Below are positions 49,024 to 58,088 of a stretch of 64,000 nucleotides of DNA, one piece after another. The position numbers and the translations under genes are program-made. The DNA lies in NCBI GenBank assembly GCA_048941285.1, contig JBHLNS010000005.1, positions 1 through 64,000 of the forward strand, read 5' to 3'. Each line of letters starts with the position of its first letter. Within the stretch, counting starts at the first letter, position 1. Under the pieces are notes generated by a model. That model was not told where the DNA came from, made no database searches, and was given only the letters and a program-made list of their open reading frames with translations. This DNA comes from Promethearchaeota archaeon. GTDB taxonomy: Archaea > Asgardarchaeota > Lokiarchaeia > Sigyniarchaeales > SOKP01.

Positions 49024-50837
49024 ATTTTTTCTCCCTTAATTTCTTCCTCATATTTTTTCCTTTTACTTGTTAGATAATCTGGAATGGGAACATCCCACCA
49101 TCCCATTGCTGGGGATCCAGTGTAAGGATATTCCCTTTGAACTTTTATTTCTATGACTGCTGGCTTTTTCGATTTTGCAGCTTTTTCTAAAGCAGGAATA
49201 ATTTCTTCTTTTTTGGAAATTTGTTCAGCATAACACCCAAATGCTTCTCCAATTCGAGCAAAATCAGGAGAGTAACTTTTACCATATTGATCTTCAAAAG
49301 TAGTTCCATACCCTCGATCTTCTCCAAAAGCAGCTTGTTGTAAATCCTTAATCGCAATCCACCCATGATTGTTAAGCACAATAAAGAAAATATTTTTCAA
49401 TCCAAGTTGTACTGCCATAGATAATTCGGAAATGGTCATCATGAAATCTCCATCTCCAACAAGAGCAACCACTTGTTGATTTGGATTACCAATATCAATA
49501 ACACCTAACTTAGCCCCGATGGCCGCGGGAACACTATATCCCATGGTTGAAAAACCACCTGCGGTAAGACATGTTTTAGGTTTAAAAAATTCTAATTCCT
49601 GGAGCATCTGAGCTTGTACATTTCCAGAACTAGTAACAATAATTGTATCTTTTTCAAAAAACTTTCTAATTTCTTTTAATACAGTAGAAATCATTACTGG
49701 AACTTTAGTATCATCCCGATAATCTTCAAGAAATTTAAACCATTTATTTTTCTCTTCTTGAATTTCTTTAAAATAATCAGAGCTCTTATAATCCCTTGAA
49801 TAATCGGATAATTCTTCTAAAATTTGAATTAAACAAGCTTTAGCATCTCCAACGATACCTACACTAATGGGGTAATTTTTTCCAATTTCGTGAGGGTCTA
49901 TATCTATATGAATCAATTTCGTTGGCGGAATCGAAAAACTAACTCCTTCTTTATATGAACTCGCAGTTTCATCTGCAAATCTACAACCAACTGCGATAAT
50001 AACATCAGCATTAGAGGTCATTTTCAATCCTACTGTCGTACCTTTCGAACCCGCTGACCAGCAATAAAGCGGATGAGTATTATCTATAATATCCTTTCCC
50101 ATCATAGTAACCACTACAGCTGCCCCGACTTTTTCAGCTAATTCTTTAACTTCTTCACTAGCATTTGACGTGATTGCGCCTCCACCAATAAATAAAACTG
50201 GTCTTTTGGAATCCTTAATTAACTGTGCTGCTTTCTTTATAATCTCAGGATCTCCCCTTATACGTCCAATTGATCTTCTTTCTAAGGGTTCTGGAATTTG
50301 TATTTCGATAGCTTTCGCTTGGACATCCATAGGAAGATCGATATGAACAGGTCCTCTTCTTCCGGTTAACATTATATTAAAAGCTCTTTGGATAATTGTT
50401 GGTAATTGCTCTACAGTATCGACTTCGAAACTGCGTTTTACAATGGGTTCTAGAATTTTAGGCATACTAGAATCCTTTTTTCTTTCAATTTCTTGTAATA
50501 CACCCTTCCCTCTCATATGAACATGTGTATCTCCAGTTATGACAAGACAAGGAAAAGAATCTACAAAGGCATCGGCAACACCGATTGCTGTATTAATTGC
50601 GCCAGGTCCGATTGATGTAAAAACGCATTGAGGTTGTCCGGTAATTCTATAATACCCCACAGCTAGATGAACCCCGGACATTTCTTGTTTAGGTTGGATT
50701 AATTGAATTTTATCTTTGTCTCTGAAGAATGCATCTACGAGAGGCAGATTTCCGTGGCCAGGAATTCCAATCACATATTTTACTCCTTCCTTTATTAAAT
50801 ATTTGGAGATTATCTCCCCACCAGTATATTTAGGCAT
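49020..50837 (-). CDS. Thiamine diphosphate enzyme, acetolactate synthase large subunit/IolD-like
   Basis: GIPGHGN, E..., TSIGPG..N, GPVH..LP.D, MGY..PAA.G and GDGDF...NN motifs. Confidence 0.85.
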   Translation of the reverse strand: MPKYTGGEIISKYLIKEGVKYVIGIPGHGNLPLVDAFFRDKDKIQLIQPKQEMSGVHLAVGYYRITGQPQCVFTSIGPGAINTAIGVADAFVDSFPCLVITGDTHVHMRGKGVLQEIERKKDSSMPKILEPIVKRSFEVDTVEQLPTIIQRAFNIMLTGRRGPVHIDLPMDVQAKAIEIQIPEPLERRSIGRIRGDPEIIKKAAQLIKDSKRPVLFIGGGAITSNASEEVKELAEKVGAAVVVTMMGKDIIDNTHPLYCWSAGSKGTTVGLKMTSNADVIIAVGCRFADETASSYKEGVSFSIPPTKLIHIDIDPHEIGKNYPISVGIVGDAKACLIQILEELSDYSRDYKSSDYFKEIQEEKNKWFKFLEDYRDDTKVPVMISTVLKEIRKFFEKDTIIVTSSGNVQAQMLQELEFFKPKTCLTAGGFSTMGYSVPAAIGAKLGVIDIGNPNQQVVALVGDGDFMMTISELSMAVQLGLKNIFFIVLNNHGWIAIKDLQQAAFGEDRGYGTTFEDQYGKSYSPDFARIGEAFGCYAEQISKKEEIIPALEKAAKSKKPAVIEIKVQREYPYTGSPAMGWWDVPIPDYLTSKRKKYEEEIKGEKI

Positions 50838-51044
50838 TTTAGATTCTTTTAAATTTGTTTATTTTTATTAAATATAATCTGATAAAATAAAAATAGATTT
50901 AAGTTTGTTTATAAGTGGGATTTTTGATTAGATTATTTATTATGCATATAGAATTATTTTAAAAATTCTATATCCCCCTCCTTTTATAAGTTAAATATCA
51001 AGATTTAAACTTATATACCTAATTAGGTATTTTATTATACTTAG

Positions 51045-52346
51045 TTGATGGGTAAAGTGCCTTCTGTTTTAGAAAAGATACGTATTTTAGGAGAAAATTC
51101 AAAATATGATATATGTGCTAGCACAGCATCCAGTCGTACCGATAAATACCCAAAACTTTTTGAAGAATCAAAAAAATGGATTGGGGCTACTGAAAGCGGG
51201 GGTATTTGTCATAGCTATACTCCTGATGGGCGATGTATGAGTCTTTTTAAAACTCTTTATACAAATAAATGTATATATAATTGTAAATACTGTTTTTCTC
51301 ATAATTGCAAGAAAAAATTGAGCTTTACACCAGAAGAATATGCACGTACATTTATGAAACTCTATTCAATGAATGTAGCTGAGGGTGTATTCATATCATC
51401 AGGAGTGTGTGGTAGCGCGGATGCAACAACAGAAGAAATGTTGGAAGCAATTCGGCTTCTTCGATTCAAATATAAATTTCAAGGGTATGTACATTTTAAG
51501 TGTCTACCAGGTGTAAGTCAATCTCTCCTTAAAGAGGCGGTTACTCTTTCTGATCGCATTTCAATAAATATGGAAGCTTCTTCTAAAACCCATCTCGCTG
51601 AGATTGCTGATCAAAAAGATTTTTATAATGATATAATAACTCGTCAGAGGTGGCTAAAGCAGATTCGGACTACACATAATGAAGAAACAATTAAACTCAT
51701 GAAAGATTTAAAGCAAGATAAAAAGCTAAAATTCCAAGAGAAAATGATTAAAGATCGACGAGAAAATGGGTATAAAAAATTTAGGTGGGATGGAGCACCT
51801 ATACTTAATAGTGGGCAAACAACTCAATTTGTATTAGGAGCTGCTGAAAATGAAACTGATTATGAACTACTTAAACGGATAGACTGGGGATATAAACAGA
51901 TTGATCTAAGAAGAGCATACTTCTCATCATTTATACCTATTGAGGGGACTCCTTTAAGCAGTAAACAAGCAGCACCGTTAGCCAGAGAACATCAACTATA
52001 TCAAAGCGATTGGTTATTACGAATTTATCATTATAGACTACAGGATCTTAAGGATATATTAAACGATGAAGGAAATTTACCATATGGTGATCCAAAAATG
52101 CACTTAGCGCGCAAATATTTTAAGGAACATAATCGTGTAAATCCTAATGAAGCATCTTATCATGAATTGTTAAAAGTTCCAGGAATTGGTCCAATTTCAG
52201 CAAAACGAATAATAAACTTAAGAGCTAAAAAATTTGTATTTAGGAAAAGAAAGGATCTTCAATCTGTTGGTGTTATATTAAAACGAGCAGACCCTTTTCT
52301 TAAAATTAACGGGAATTTACAAACAACGCTTCAAAAATTTTCATAA
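51045..52346 (+). CDS. Putative DNA modification/repair radical SAM protein (TIGR03916-like) with a HhH domain
   Basis: KYD..CAS, GICHS.TPDGRC.SL.K, CIYNCKYC, GQTTQ, REH.LYQ.DWL.R.Y and LL.VPGIG..SA.RI motifs. Confidence 0.9.
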   Translation: MMGKVPSVLEKIRILGENSKYDICASTASSRTDKYPKLFEESKKWIGATESGGICHSYTPDGRCMSLFKTLYTNKCIYNCKYCFSHNCKKKLSFTPEEYARTFMKLYSMNVAEGVFISSGVCGSADATTEEMLEAIRLLRFKYKFQGYVHFKCLPGVSQSLLKEAVTLSDRISINMEASSKTHLAEIADQKDFYNDIITRQRWLKQIRTTHNEETIKLMKDLKQDKKLKFQEKMIKDRRENGYKKFRWDGAPILNSGQTTQFVLGAAENETDYELLKRIDWGYKQIDLRRAYFSSFIPIEGTPLSSKQAAPLAREHQLYQSDWLLRIYHYRLQDLKDILNDEGNLPYGDPKMHLARKYFKEHNRVNPNEASYHELLKVPGIGPISAKRIINLRAKKFVFRKRKDLQSVGVILKRADPFLKINGNLQTTLQKFS

Positions 52347-52374
52347 TTATATCTATAACATTAAGCTAAAAGCC

Positions 52375-53034
52375 ATGAAAAATAATTGTAAAAAAGATCC
52401 AATGGAAGTTATAGGAAGAGCTAAAGGATTTTCTCACGAAGAAATAATTCAAAATTTATCACGTCATAAAGATTTTTCTCCTTATCTTATTTCACAGGTA
52501 AAAAAAATACCAGAAGTAATTTTTCGTAATTCAGGATCATTATTTGCTAAAAAAATTAATCGAATGATGCGAGAAATCGGAACTGAAGCTTATCGTGCAA
52601 AACAATTCACTCGTACTGGAATTAATAATCGTGGCGTGTTGCATGGTGTGGTTTTACTTAGACATAGAGTCATGGATAGAGTTTTACACTACTTTCATGA
52701 AAGATGGCCACAATGTATAATATGTTTATATAATGAACATGATAAAAAGACTAGTATTATCAATGAAAGAGGAAAAATACATGAAATGGAATTATCACTA
52801 AAAGAAGTAGTTAGAAAAGTAAGCAAAAATAGGCCAATAGTTCCATATTTCGAAGATATCCAATTTTCTGGCGAAAAAATATTTGAAACTTTATATAATT
52901 CTCAGTTCATTTCTGAAAGAGAAAATCGTGAATTCTTCAAAAATATGATTCCAGATAAGTGTTTTGAACTACCAGGGATGAGAGGTGGTGTAGAAAAGCG
53001 TTTTCGAAATAAAAAAATTAATGATTATCTATAG
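52375..53034 (+). CDS. DUF4130/TIGR03915-like partner protein
   Basis: EAYRAKQFTR, H.V......HYFHER and Y.SQFI.ER.N....MIP resemble DUF4130 motifs. Directly downstream of the TIGR03916-like gene. Confidence 0.7.
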   Translation: MKNNCKKDPMEVIGRAKGFSHEEIIQNLSRHKDFSPYLISQVKKIPEVIFRNSGSLFAKKINRMMREIGTEAYRAKQFTRTGINNRGVLHGVVLLRHRVMDRVLHYFHERWPQCIICLYNEHDKKTSIINERGKIHEMELSLKEVVRKVSKNRPIVPYFEDIQFSGEKIFETLYNSQFISERENREFFKNMIPDKCFELPGMRGGVEKRFRNKKINDYL

Positions 53035-53140
53035 AATCATAAGATTTCAATGAGTAGTTATTTTATGGATTAATAAGTTTTGCTTTGCTAAGTCAAATCT
53101 AAGAGATTTGTCCTAGATTAATTTTATAAATTTTTACTAA

Positions 53141-53617
53141 TTAGGTAGGTTTTCTTTCCCAAATTTTTATCGATTCAAAAATAAATACAAAAGTGCTAAA
53201 AATCAGGAAAAATAATAAAAGTAAACTCCCTGGATTGGTAATAAACACATCACCATATATAAAAGCTAGAAATACGTATCCTACAACCCCCAGAATATTA
53301 ACAATTAAGTATAAAGAATATCGGGGGATCATAAAAGGTCCTAAGCGAAAAAAGAAACCTAATACACCTTTTTTTACATCTTCTTTCACATAATATTTAC
53401 CATCTTCATCATTTTTGGAAATTATCCCTGCCTTCATCAATTTATTTAATTGATAAGCTACCGTTCCAGAAGACAGTATTTTTAATGCCTTCTGAATTTC
53501 CCTAACTCCCGCGCGATTATGTGTCATAATATACCAATATACTTGGAGACTCCTACCTTGCAATACTTTTTTCCGATTACCTTCAATATTATTTGTTTCC
53601 ATATCAGGATCTGACAT
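53141..53617 (-). CDS. Winged-helix regulator with two C-terminal transmembrane helices
   Basis: LQVYWY, GVREIQKAL..SS...AYQL.KL...G and G.Y motifs, then two hydrophobic segments. Confidence 0.75.
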   Translation of the reverse strand: MSDPDMETNNIEGNRKKVLQGRSLQVYWYIMTHNRAGVREIQKALKILSSGTVAYQLNKLMKAGIISKNDEDGKYYVKEDVKKGVLGFFFRLGPFMIPRYSLYLIVNILGVVGYVFLAFIYGDVFITNPGSLLLLFFLIFSTFVFIFESIKIWERKPT

Positions 53618-53702
53618 TGTAAAGTAAAGTTCTATTTTTTTGATTTCGAGGACCTATATATAATTGTAAGTCCTTGCTTTTTATACTTTCTTCCTCTTCG
53701 TG

Positions 53703-54890
53703 TCATAAGAAATCTAAATCCTCTTGAGGTCTTTTAAATTTTTTAGCATTTTGATGTATCATAAATACAGAAACTCCAATGATGGTGATACTTATAATGA
53801 GAATAATTGAAAAGTAATTCAATGATGGCGCAAGTGTACAATCATTATCGTGAATTACGTTTCCTTGGCAATCTATTTCAATGATGCATTCATCATTTCC
53901 TATTACTTTATTTCCTGAAACGACGTTATTATAGCTATTATAAAGAATTATCCCCCACCGGTTATAATTTACAGTGTTTACTAAAATTGTGTTATAATTG
54001 CTATGGAAAAGGACTATCCCACATTCTCCATTATAAGTTGCTGTGTTTCCCGAGATGATATTATAACTACTATCTATTAGGCATATACCACTGAAATTAT
54101 TGTTATTCATAATATTTCCCGAGATGGTATTGTTAAAACTTTCATCCATCCATAATCCTTGCATGTTATTATCGCTAATAATGTTTCCCGAGACGATAAG
54201 GTTATTATAACCACCACCTATATTTATCCCACACATTTTATTATGTTTCATAGTGTTTCCCGAGACGATGGTGTAATTACTGGCTATTAAATAGATCCCA
54301 CTCCATGTATTGTTATTTGCAGTGTTACCCGAGAGGGTATTATTATAGCTATCTAATAAATATATCCCACCCCTATTGTTATTTACGATATTTCCAGTTA
54401 TTGTGTTGTTATTACAACCCCCACTATAATCCCTAACATCACCTAATACTATCCCCAACTGACTATATGAACAATCATTACCAATCAATTGGGAATTATT
54501 AACATTCAGTAGTCGGATTCCAGCATCTGCTCCCCATTCCACATTGTAGATGGAACAATTTTCGATTTTAAAATACACATTGGAATTTTCAATCGATATA
54601 CCATATCCAGAACATCCACCATCTATTATCAAATCTTCTATAATATAAGGATCTGAATAAGTACCACTTCCTGTGCAATTTCCCGCATATCTAAAATCAA
54701 CCCACCCAGAATTATTTATTATACGAATTTTTCCCGATAATGTTGCGATTTTTAGTTTTTTAACATCAAAATTAATTACATTATTGGTTCCCTTATTCAG
54801 ACTTGAGTAAATGGTCATCATTGGGTCTAGAACGAAAAGGATTCCTAAAGTGATTAAAATTATTATTTGTAATTTTACATTTGATTTAAT
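53703..54890 (-). CDS. Secreted/anchored NosD/CASH right-handed beta-helix protein
   Basis: GSGT..DPYIIE, repeated GI.L..S.NN.ISGN and a C-terminal transmembrane helix. The frame extends to ATT 54890 after GGTGA, adding the signal peptide (M)KSNVKLQIIILITLGILFVL. Confidence 0.82.
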   Translation of the reverse strand: MKSNVKLQIIILITLGILFVLDPMMTIYSSLNKGTNNVINFDVKKLKIATLSGKIRIINNSGWVDFRYAGNCTGSGTYSDPYIIEDLIIDGGCSGYGISIENSNVYFKIENCSIYNVEWGADAGIRLLNVNNSQLIGNDCSYSQLGIVLGDVRDYSGGCNNNTITGNIVNNNRGGIYLLDSYNNTLSGNTANNNTWSGIYLIASNYTIVSGNTMKHNKMCGINIGGGYNNLIVSGNIISDNNMQGLWMDESFNNTISGNIMNNNNFSGICLIDSSYNIISGNTATYNGECGIVLFHSNYNTILVNTVNYNRWGIILYNSYNNVVSGNKVIGNDECIIEIDCQGNVIHDNDCTLAPSLNYFSIILIISITIIGVSVFMIHQNAKKFKRPQEDLDFL

Positions 54891-54982
54891 ATTGGTTTCA
54901 CCATTATAGGCAAAATTTAAAATTTGATTTGTAATACATATTTGTCAAATAATCAATTATTTCGATATCTTAAATAAGTATT

Positions 54983-55020
54983 TTTTGAACACTTTGTTCA
55001 GAGATCTGAACAATTCAAAA
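54983..55020. promoter_or_regulatory. Palindromic operator next to the BRE/TATA of the beta-helix/HTH operon
   Basis: TTGTTCAGA-GA-TCTGAACAA at 54994-55013 and TGAACA-CTT-TGTTCA at 54986-55000. The minus-strand AAAAAATACTTATTTAA lies immediately downstream. Confidence 0.6.
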
Positions 55021-55104
55021 TTATCTTATGATTTTTTATAAGAGCGGGTGCTTTCAAGCAAAGAAAGTTAAATTCCTTTTTCCTCAATAAAACTACAAGA
55101 AGAA

Positions 55105-55344
55105 AAATACCATAGAGTATACGAAGACCTAGTAGACCAGCAGGAAAGTGACAGAGTAAAATCGGAATTGTGTTATAAAATCAATTTTACCCTAATTTTT
55201 GTTCCATATACGATAGATTATGATGAGTTTTAGAATTATATCGTGGAAGAGTATGAAAAGTTTACAGGGAAGGAAATAAGAATCAGCCATAAATATGATT
55301 GGAAAACATTTAAGAAAGAAAACTTAGGTTTATCTGAGTTCTGA
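55105..55344 (+). pseudogene. C-terminal remnant of a PD-(D/E)XK/DUF2726-like endonuclease
   Basis: Translates KYHRVYEDLVDQQESDRVKSELCYKINFTLIFVPYTIDYDEF*NYIVEEYEKFTGK... No start codon or N-terminal catalytic part. In-frame TAG at 55231. Confidence 0.6.
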
Positions 55345-55362
55345 TAGTATTTCTTATAAATC

Positions 55363-56142
55363 CTAAACAATAGAAGAAAATAATTGCTTTGCAGTTTTAT
55401 ATGCTTTAGTCTCTGTAGGTAGTTGCAGCAAATTTTCCCCCACAATATTCATTCTACTAATTTCATCACTGTTATCAATAAACCCAAGAAGCTTTACATG
55501 ATCTTCTTTGATTGATAAAACTTCTTTTTGTAAAATGTCTCTTATGGAATTTTCTGGGAACCTGTTACCGAGTATCCAGATATTTTCAAATTGTAAATCA
55601 ACTTCTTTAGTTATTTCTAATATGCGTTTCATAGTATGTATGCCCATCTTACTCGGATCAGATACTATTACTAAATCCGTTACCTTTTGGCCCGTTTTCC
55701 GAGAAAAATATTCAAGCCCCGCTGGAGCATCAATGAGAACGAAGTTATAGTTTTTCGCTAATATGTCAATAATATGTTTCAAATAATTGTTAATACTGCA
55801 ATAGCATCCCTCTCCTTCCGCTCGACCCATTTCTAAAATATCAAAGTGATCCATTTCGATTAATGAATCAAAAACCTCGGATTCAACGATTTGATCCTTA
55901 GATACGTCGAGAGGTATTAATCTTTTTTGGATTTTATGCTTAAACTCAGCCATTTTTCCGCCAATGGTTTCTTTAAAGTGGATTTCTTTGCCGATTATAT
56001 CCCCAATATTCGCATCAGGATCGGCATCTATTACGAGAATGTCGAGATTTTTTGATTTTTCAAGGAGATATTTCAGCATTAAGACGAGGAGTGTAGATTT
56101 CCCTACCCCACCTTTACCAGAAAAAGATATTATTTTTTTCAT
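55363..56142 (-). CDS. cooC: CooC/AcsF-type nickel-insertion ATPase
   Basis: GKGGVGKST, DADPD.N, MGR.EGEGCYC and D..AGLE..SR motifs. Confidence 0.88.
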   Translation of the reverse strand: MKKIISFSGKGGVGKSTLLVLMLKYLLEKSKNLDILVIDADPDANIGDIIGKEIHFKETIGGKMAEFKHKIQKRLIPLDVSKDQIVESEVFDSLIEMDHFDILEMGRAEGEGCYCSINNYLKHIIDILAKNYNFVLIDAPAGLEYFSRKTGQKVTDLVIVSDPSKMGIHTMKRILEITKEVDLQFENIWILGNRFPENSIRDILQKEVLSIKEDHVKLLGFIDNSDEISRMNIVGENLLQLPTETKAYKTAKQLFSSIV

Positions 56143-56420
56143 TAGAATAGATTTAAATTAATGTTTTATCCTCAAGTAATGAAAATTGAATTAAGAATAA
56201 AAATTTATTATAAATAATTCAAAAGGCAAAGGAGGTTTCTTTTAAAATGTTGAAATCTTATTGCGAAAGAAATTAATATTTAATAATCTATTAAAAGTAA
56301 TGGTGAATTCTATCAAGATTAAGGGACTGATTAAATCATATAAAAGGGGGAAAATAAATGGAGAAAACCAATCTTATTAAAATTAAATCTTCAAGATCTC
56401 ATGGAATTTAGAAAATAAAA

Positions 56421-56888
56421 GTGATAATTTTGAAAGAGGAATATATAACAAAATTAAAGAGATTCATTCCTTTTCTAATTTTAGACAGTTTGATTGCGAC
56501 TGGAAGTTTTTTGATGGCTTTTTTTGTAATTATAAATAAAATCTATATAATTAACATAATATTCATTGTTATTTTTATCGCTTCTTCTTTTGGTTTCGGA
56601 TTGATTATTACCGCTGATGCTGTTATTATTAAAGGAAAAATAGGAAATTGGTATAAAAATGTGCTTTTTGGTTTCATGTTAATTGGTGGAATCTTCTTTT
56701 TTGTTTTGCTTTTAGAAATTTTCGCGCCAAATTTTATATTTGAATTTCCATATGGAGGGGCCTTCTCTCTAGAATACATATATTTTGATTTCATGGGATT
56801 TATCTCTGTTTTGATAGTATTTGGAGTAGGAACTTTATCAATTTGTTTAGGTAAACTTATACAAATGAAATTTATTAAAAAAAATTGA
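56421..56888 (+). CDS. Hypothetical 4-TM membrane protein
   Basis: Four hydrophobic segments. An upstream in-frame ATG at 56358 is separated from it by a TAG. Confidence 0.55.
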   Translation: MIILKEEYITKLKRFIPFLILDSLIATGSFLMAFFVIINKIYIINIIFIVIFIASSFGFGLIITADAVIIKGKIGNWYKNVLFGFMLIGGIFFFVLLLEIFAPNFIFEFPYGGAFSLEYIYFDFMGFISVLIVFGVGTLSICLGKLIQMKFIKKN

Positions 56889-57054
56889 TTTTTTAAAAAA
56901 TTGATAAATAAAAGAACAATTAAAGAAAGAAATTACATCTATGAGGAATTTTCTATAAATATTTCTTATAAAAAAGTTCTAAGAGCACTCATCCTACCTA
57001 AGAGAGAGAATAATTAATAGACTTTAATTAGGTAAATATTTTAATTCGATATAA

Positions 57055-57864
57055 TTATTGGTCTTGCCGATATACAGGAACAATATTAGAAGTAAATTCG
57101 TCTAACGTATATGGAAATTCTTCTTCGCTCGATATTTTACCCAGATCTAACATTATCTGTCTTGCTAAAAGCCAAAATGCTAAACCTAATGCTTTTTTGC
57201 CTCGATTATTTGCTGGAACTGCAAGATCAATTCCATCAAGTGTATCATCAGTATCAAATAAAGACACAACAGGGATTCGAGCTAATTTCGCTTCTCGTAA
57301 AATGACTTTATCAGCATGAGGATCTACAATTAAAACTACACTTGCATCTTTAATATAAGTATCAATTATAGGATTTGTAAGGGAGCCCGGTATAAATCTC
57401 GAAGTGACTGCTCTACATCCTAATACTTCACAAAATTTTTTTACAGGTTCTTTCCCATATCGTCGAACCGAAGTAACAATGACTCTATCACTTCCTTCTT
57501 CAACATATTTACTCAAAAATTTTGCTGCAATCTTAAGTCGATCATCTGTTTGAGTTAAATCAATAACGTATAGTCCATAATTGGTTTGTCTATAAATAAA
57601 TCGTCTTGCATCACCAGTTAATAATTTTGTGCCTATATGAATACCACAGCTTAAGTAAAGTTGTTTTCTTTCTTCATCTTTATCAATTAATTTATCCTTT
57701 AATTCAAGCCCCGCTTCAATATCTTCTGTATCTAATAGGTCAAGTTCTTCTTCCAAATCAAGATCTTCTTCAAAATCAATATCAAGATCTTCGGGAAAGT
57801 CCTCTAAATCCTCGAGTTTTTTGTTGTCTTCCGCTTCTTCGGTCTTCTTTTTCTTTCGAGCCAA
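57055..57864 (-). CDS. rps2: 30S ribosomal protein uS2 (archaeal type) with an acidic N-terminal extension
   Basis: G.HIGT, GLYVID...TD.RL..AAKF, RFIPGSLTNP, DP..D...EA and PANN.GKKAL...FWLLAR motifs. Confidence 0.95.
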   Translation of the reverse strand: MARKKKKTEEAEDNKKLEDLEDFPEDLDIDFEEDLDLEEELDLLDTEDIEAGLELKDKLIDKDEERKQLYLSCGIHIGTKLLTGDARRFIYRQTNYGLYVIDLTQTDDRLKIAAKFLSKYVEEGSDRVIVTSVRRYGKEPVKKFCEVLGCRAVTSRFIPGSLTNPIIDTYIKDASVVLIVDPHADKVILREAKLARIPVVSLFDTDDTLDGIDLAVPANNRGKKALGLAFWLLARQIMLDLGKISSEEEFPYTLDEFTSNIVPVYRQDQ

Positions 57865-58088
57865 TATTGTAGCCTTATTTTTTATTCTGACGTAGATATA
57901 ATTAAAATATTTTAGAATTCAAAGAATTCAAGAATATAATATTGAATACATGATAACTTTAATATTTTATTGAGTGGATTTTTGTAAAACCTTAAGAACT
58001 AAAGTATTAATATAGCAAAATAATTTTTATTATTAATAAAAAGCGTAGACTATAATTATTAAATATTAATTATAAAGTGGCTTAGATA

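Noticed and set aside
30976-53034. A unified restriction-modification or defence island made of the two MTases and the radical SAM pair
   Set aside because: No nuclease, specificity subunit or integrase is present, and the genes are scattered among housekeeping genes.
54040-54340. TTTCCCGAGA(T/C)G repeated about every 66-72 bp, superficially CRISPR-like
   Set aside because: The repeats are short, degenerate and in frame; they encode the ISGN/VSGN turns of the beta-helix protein.
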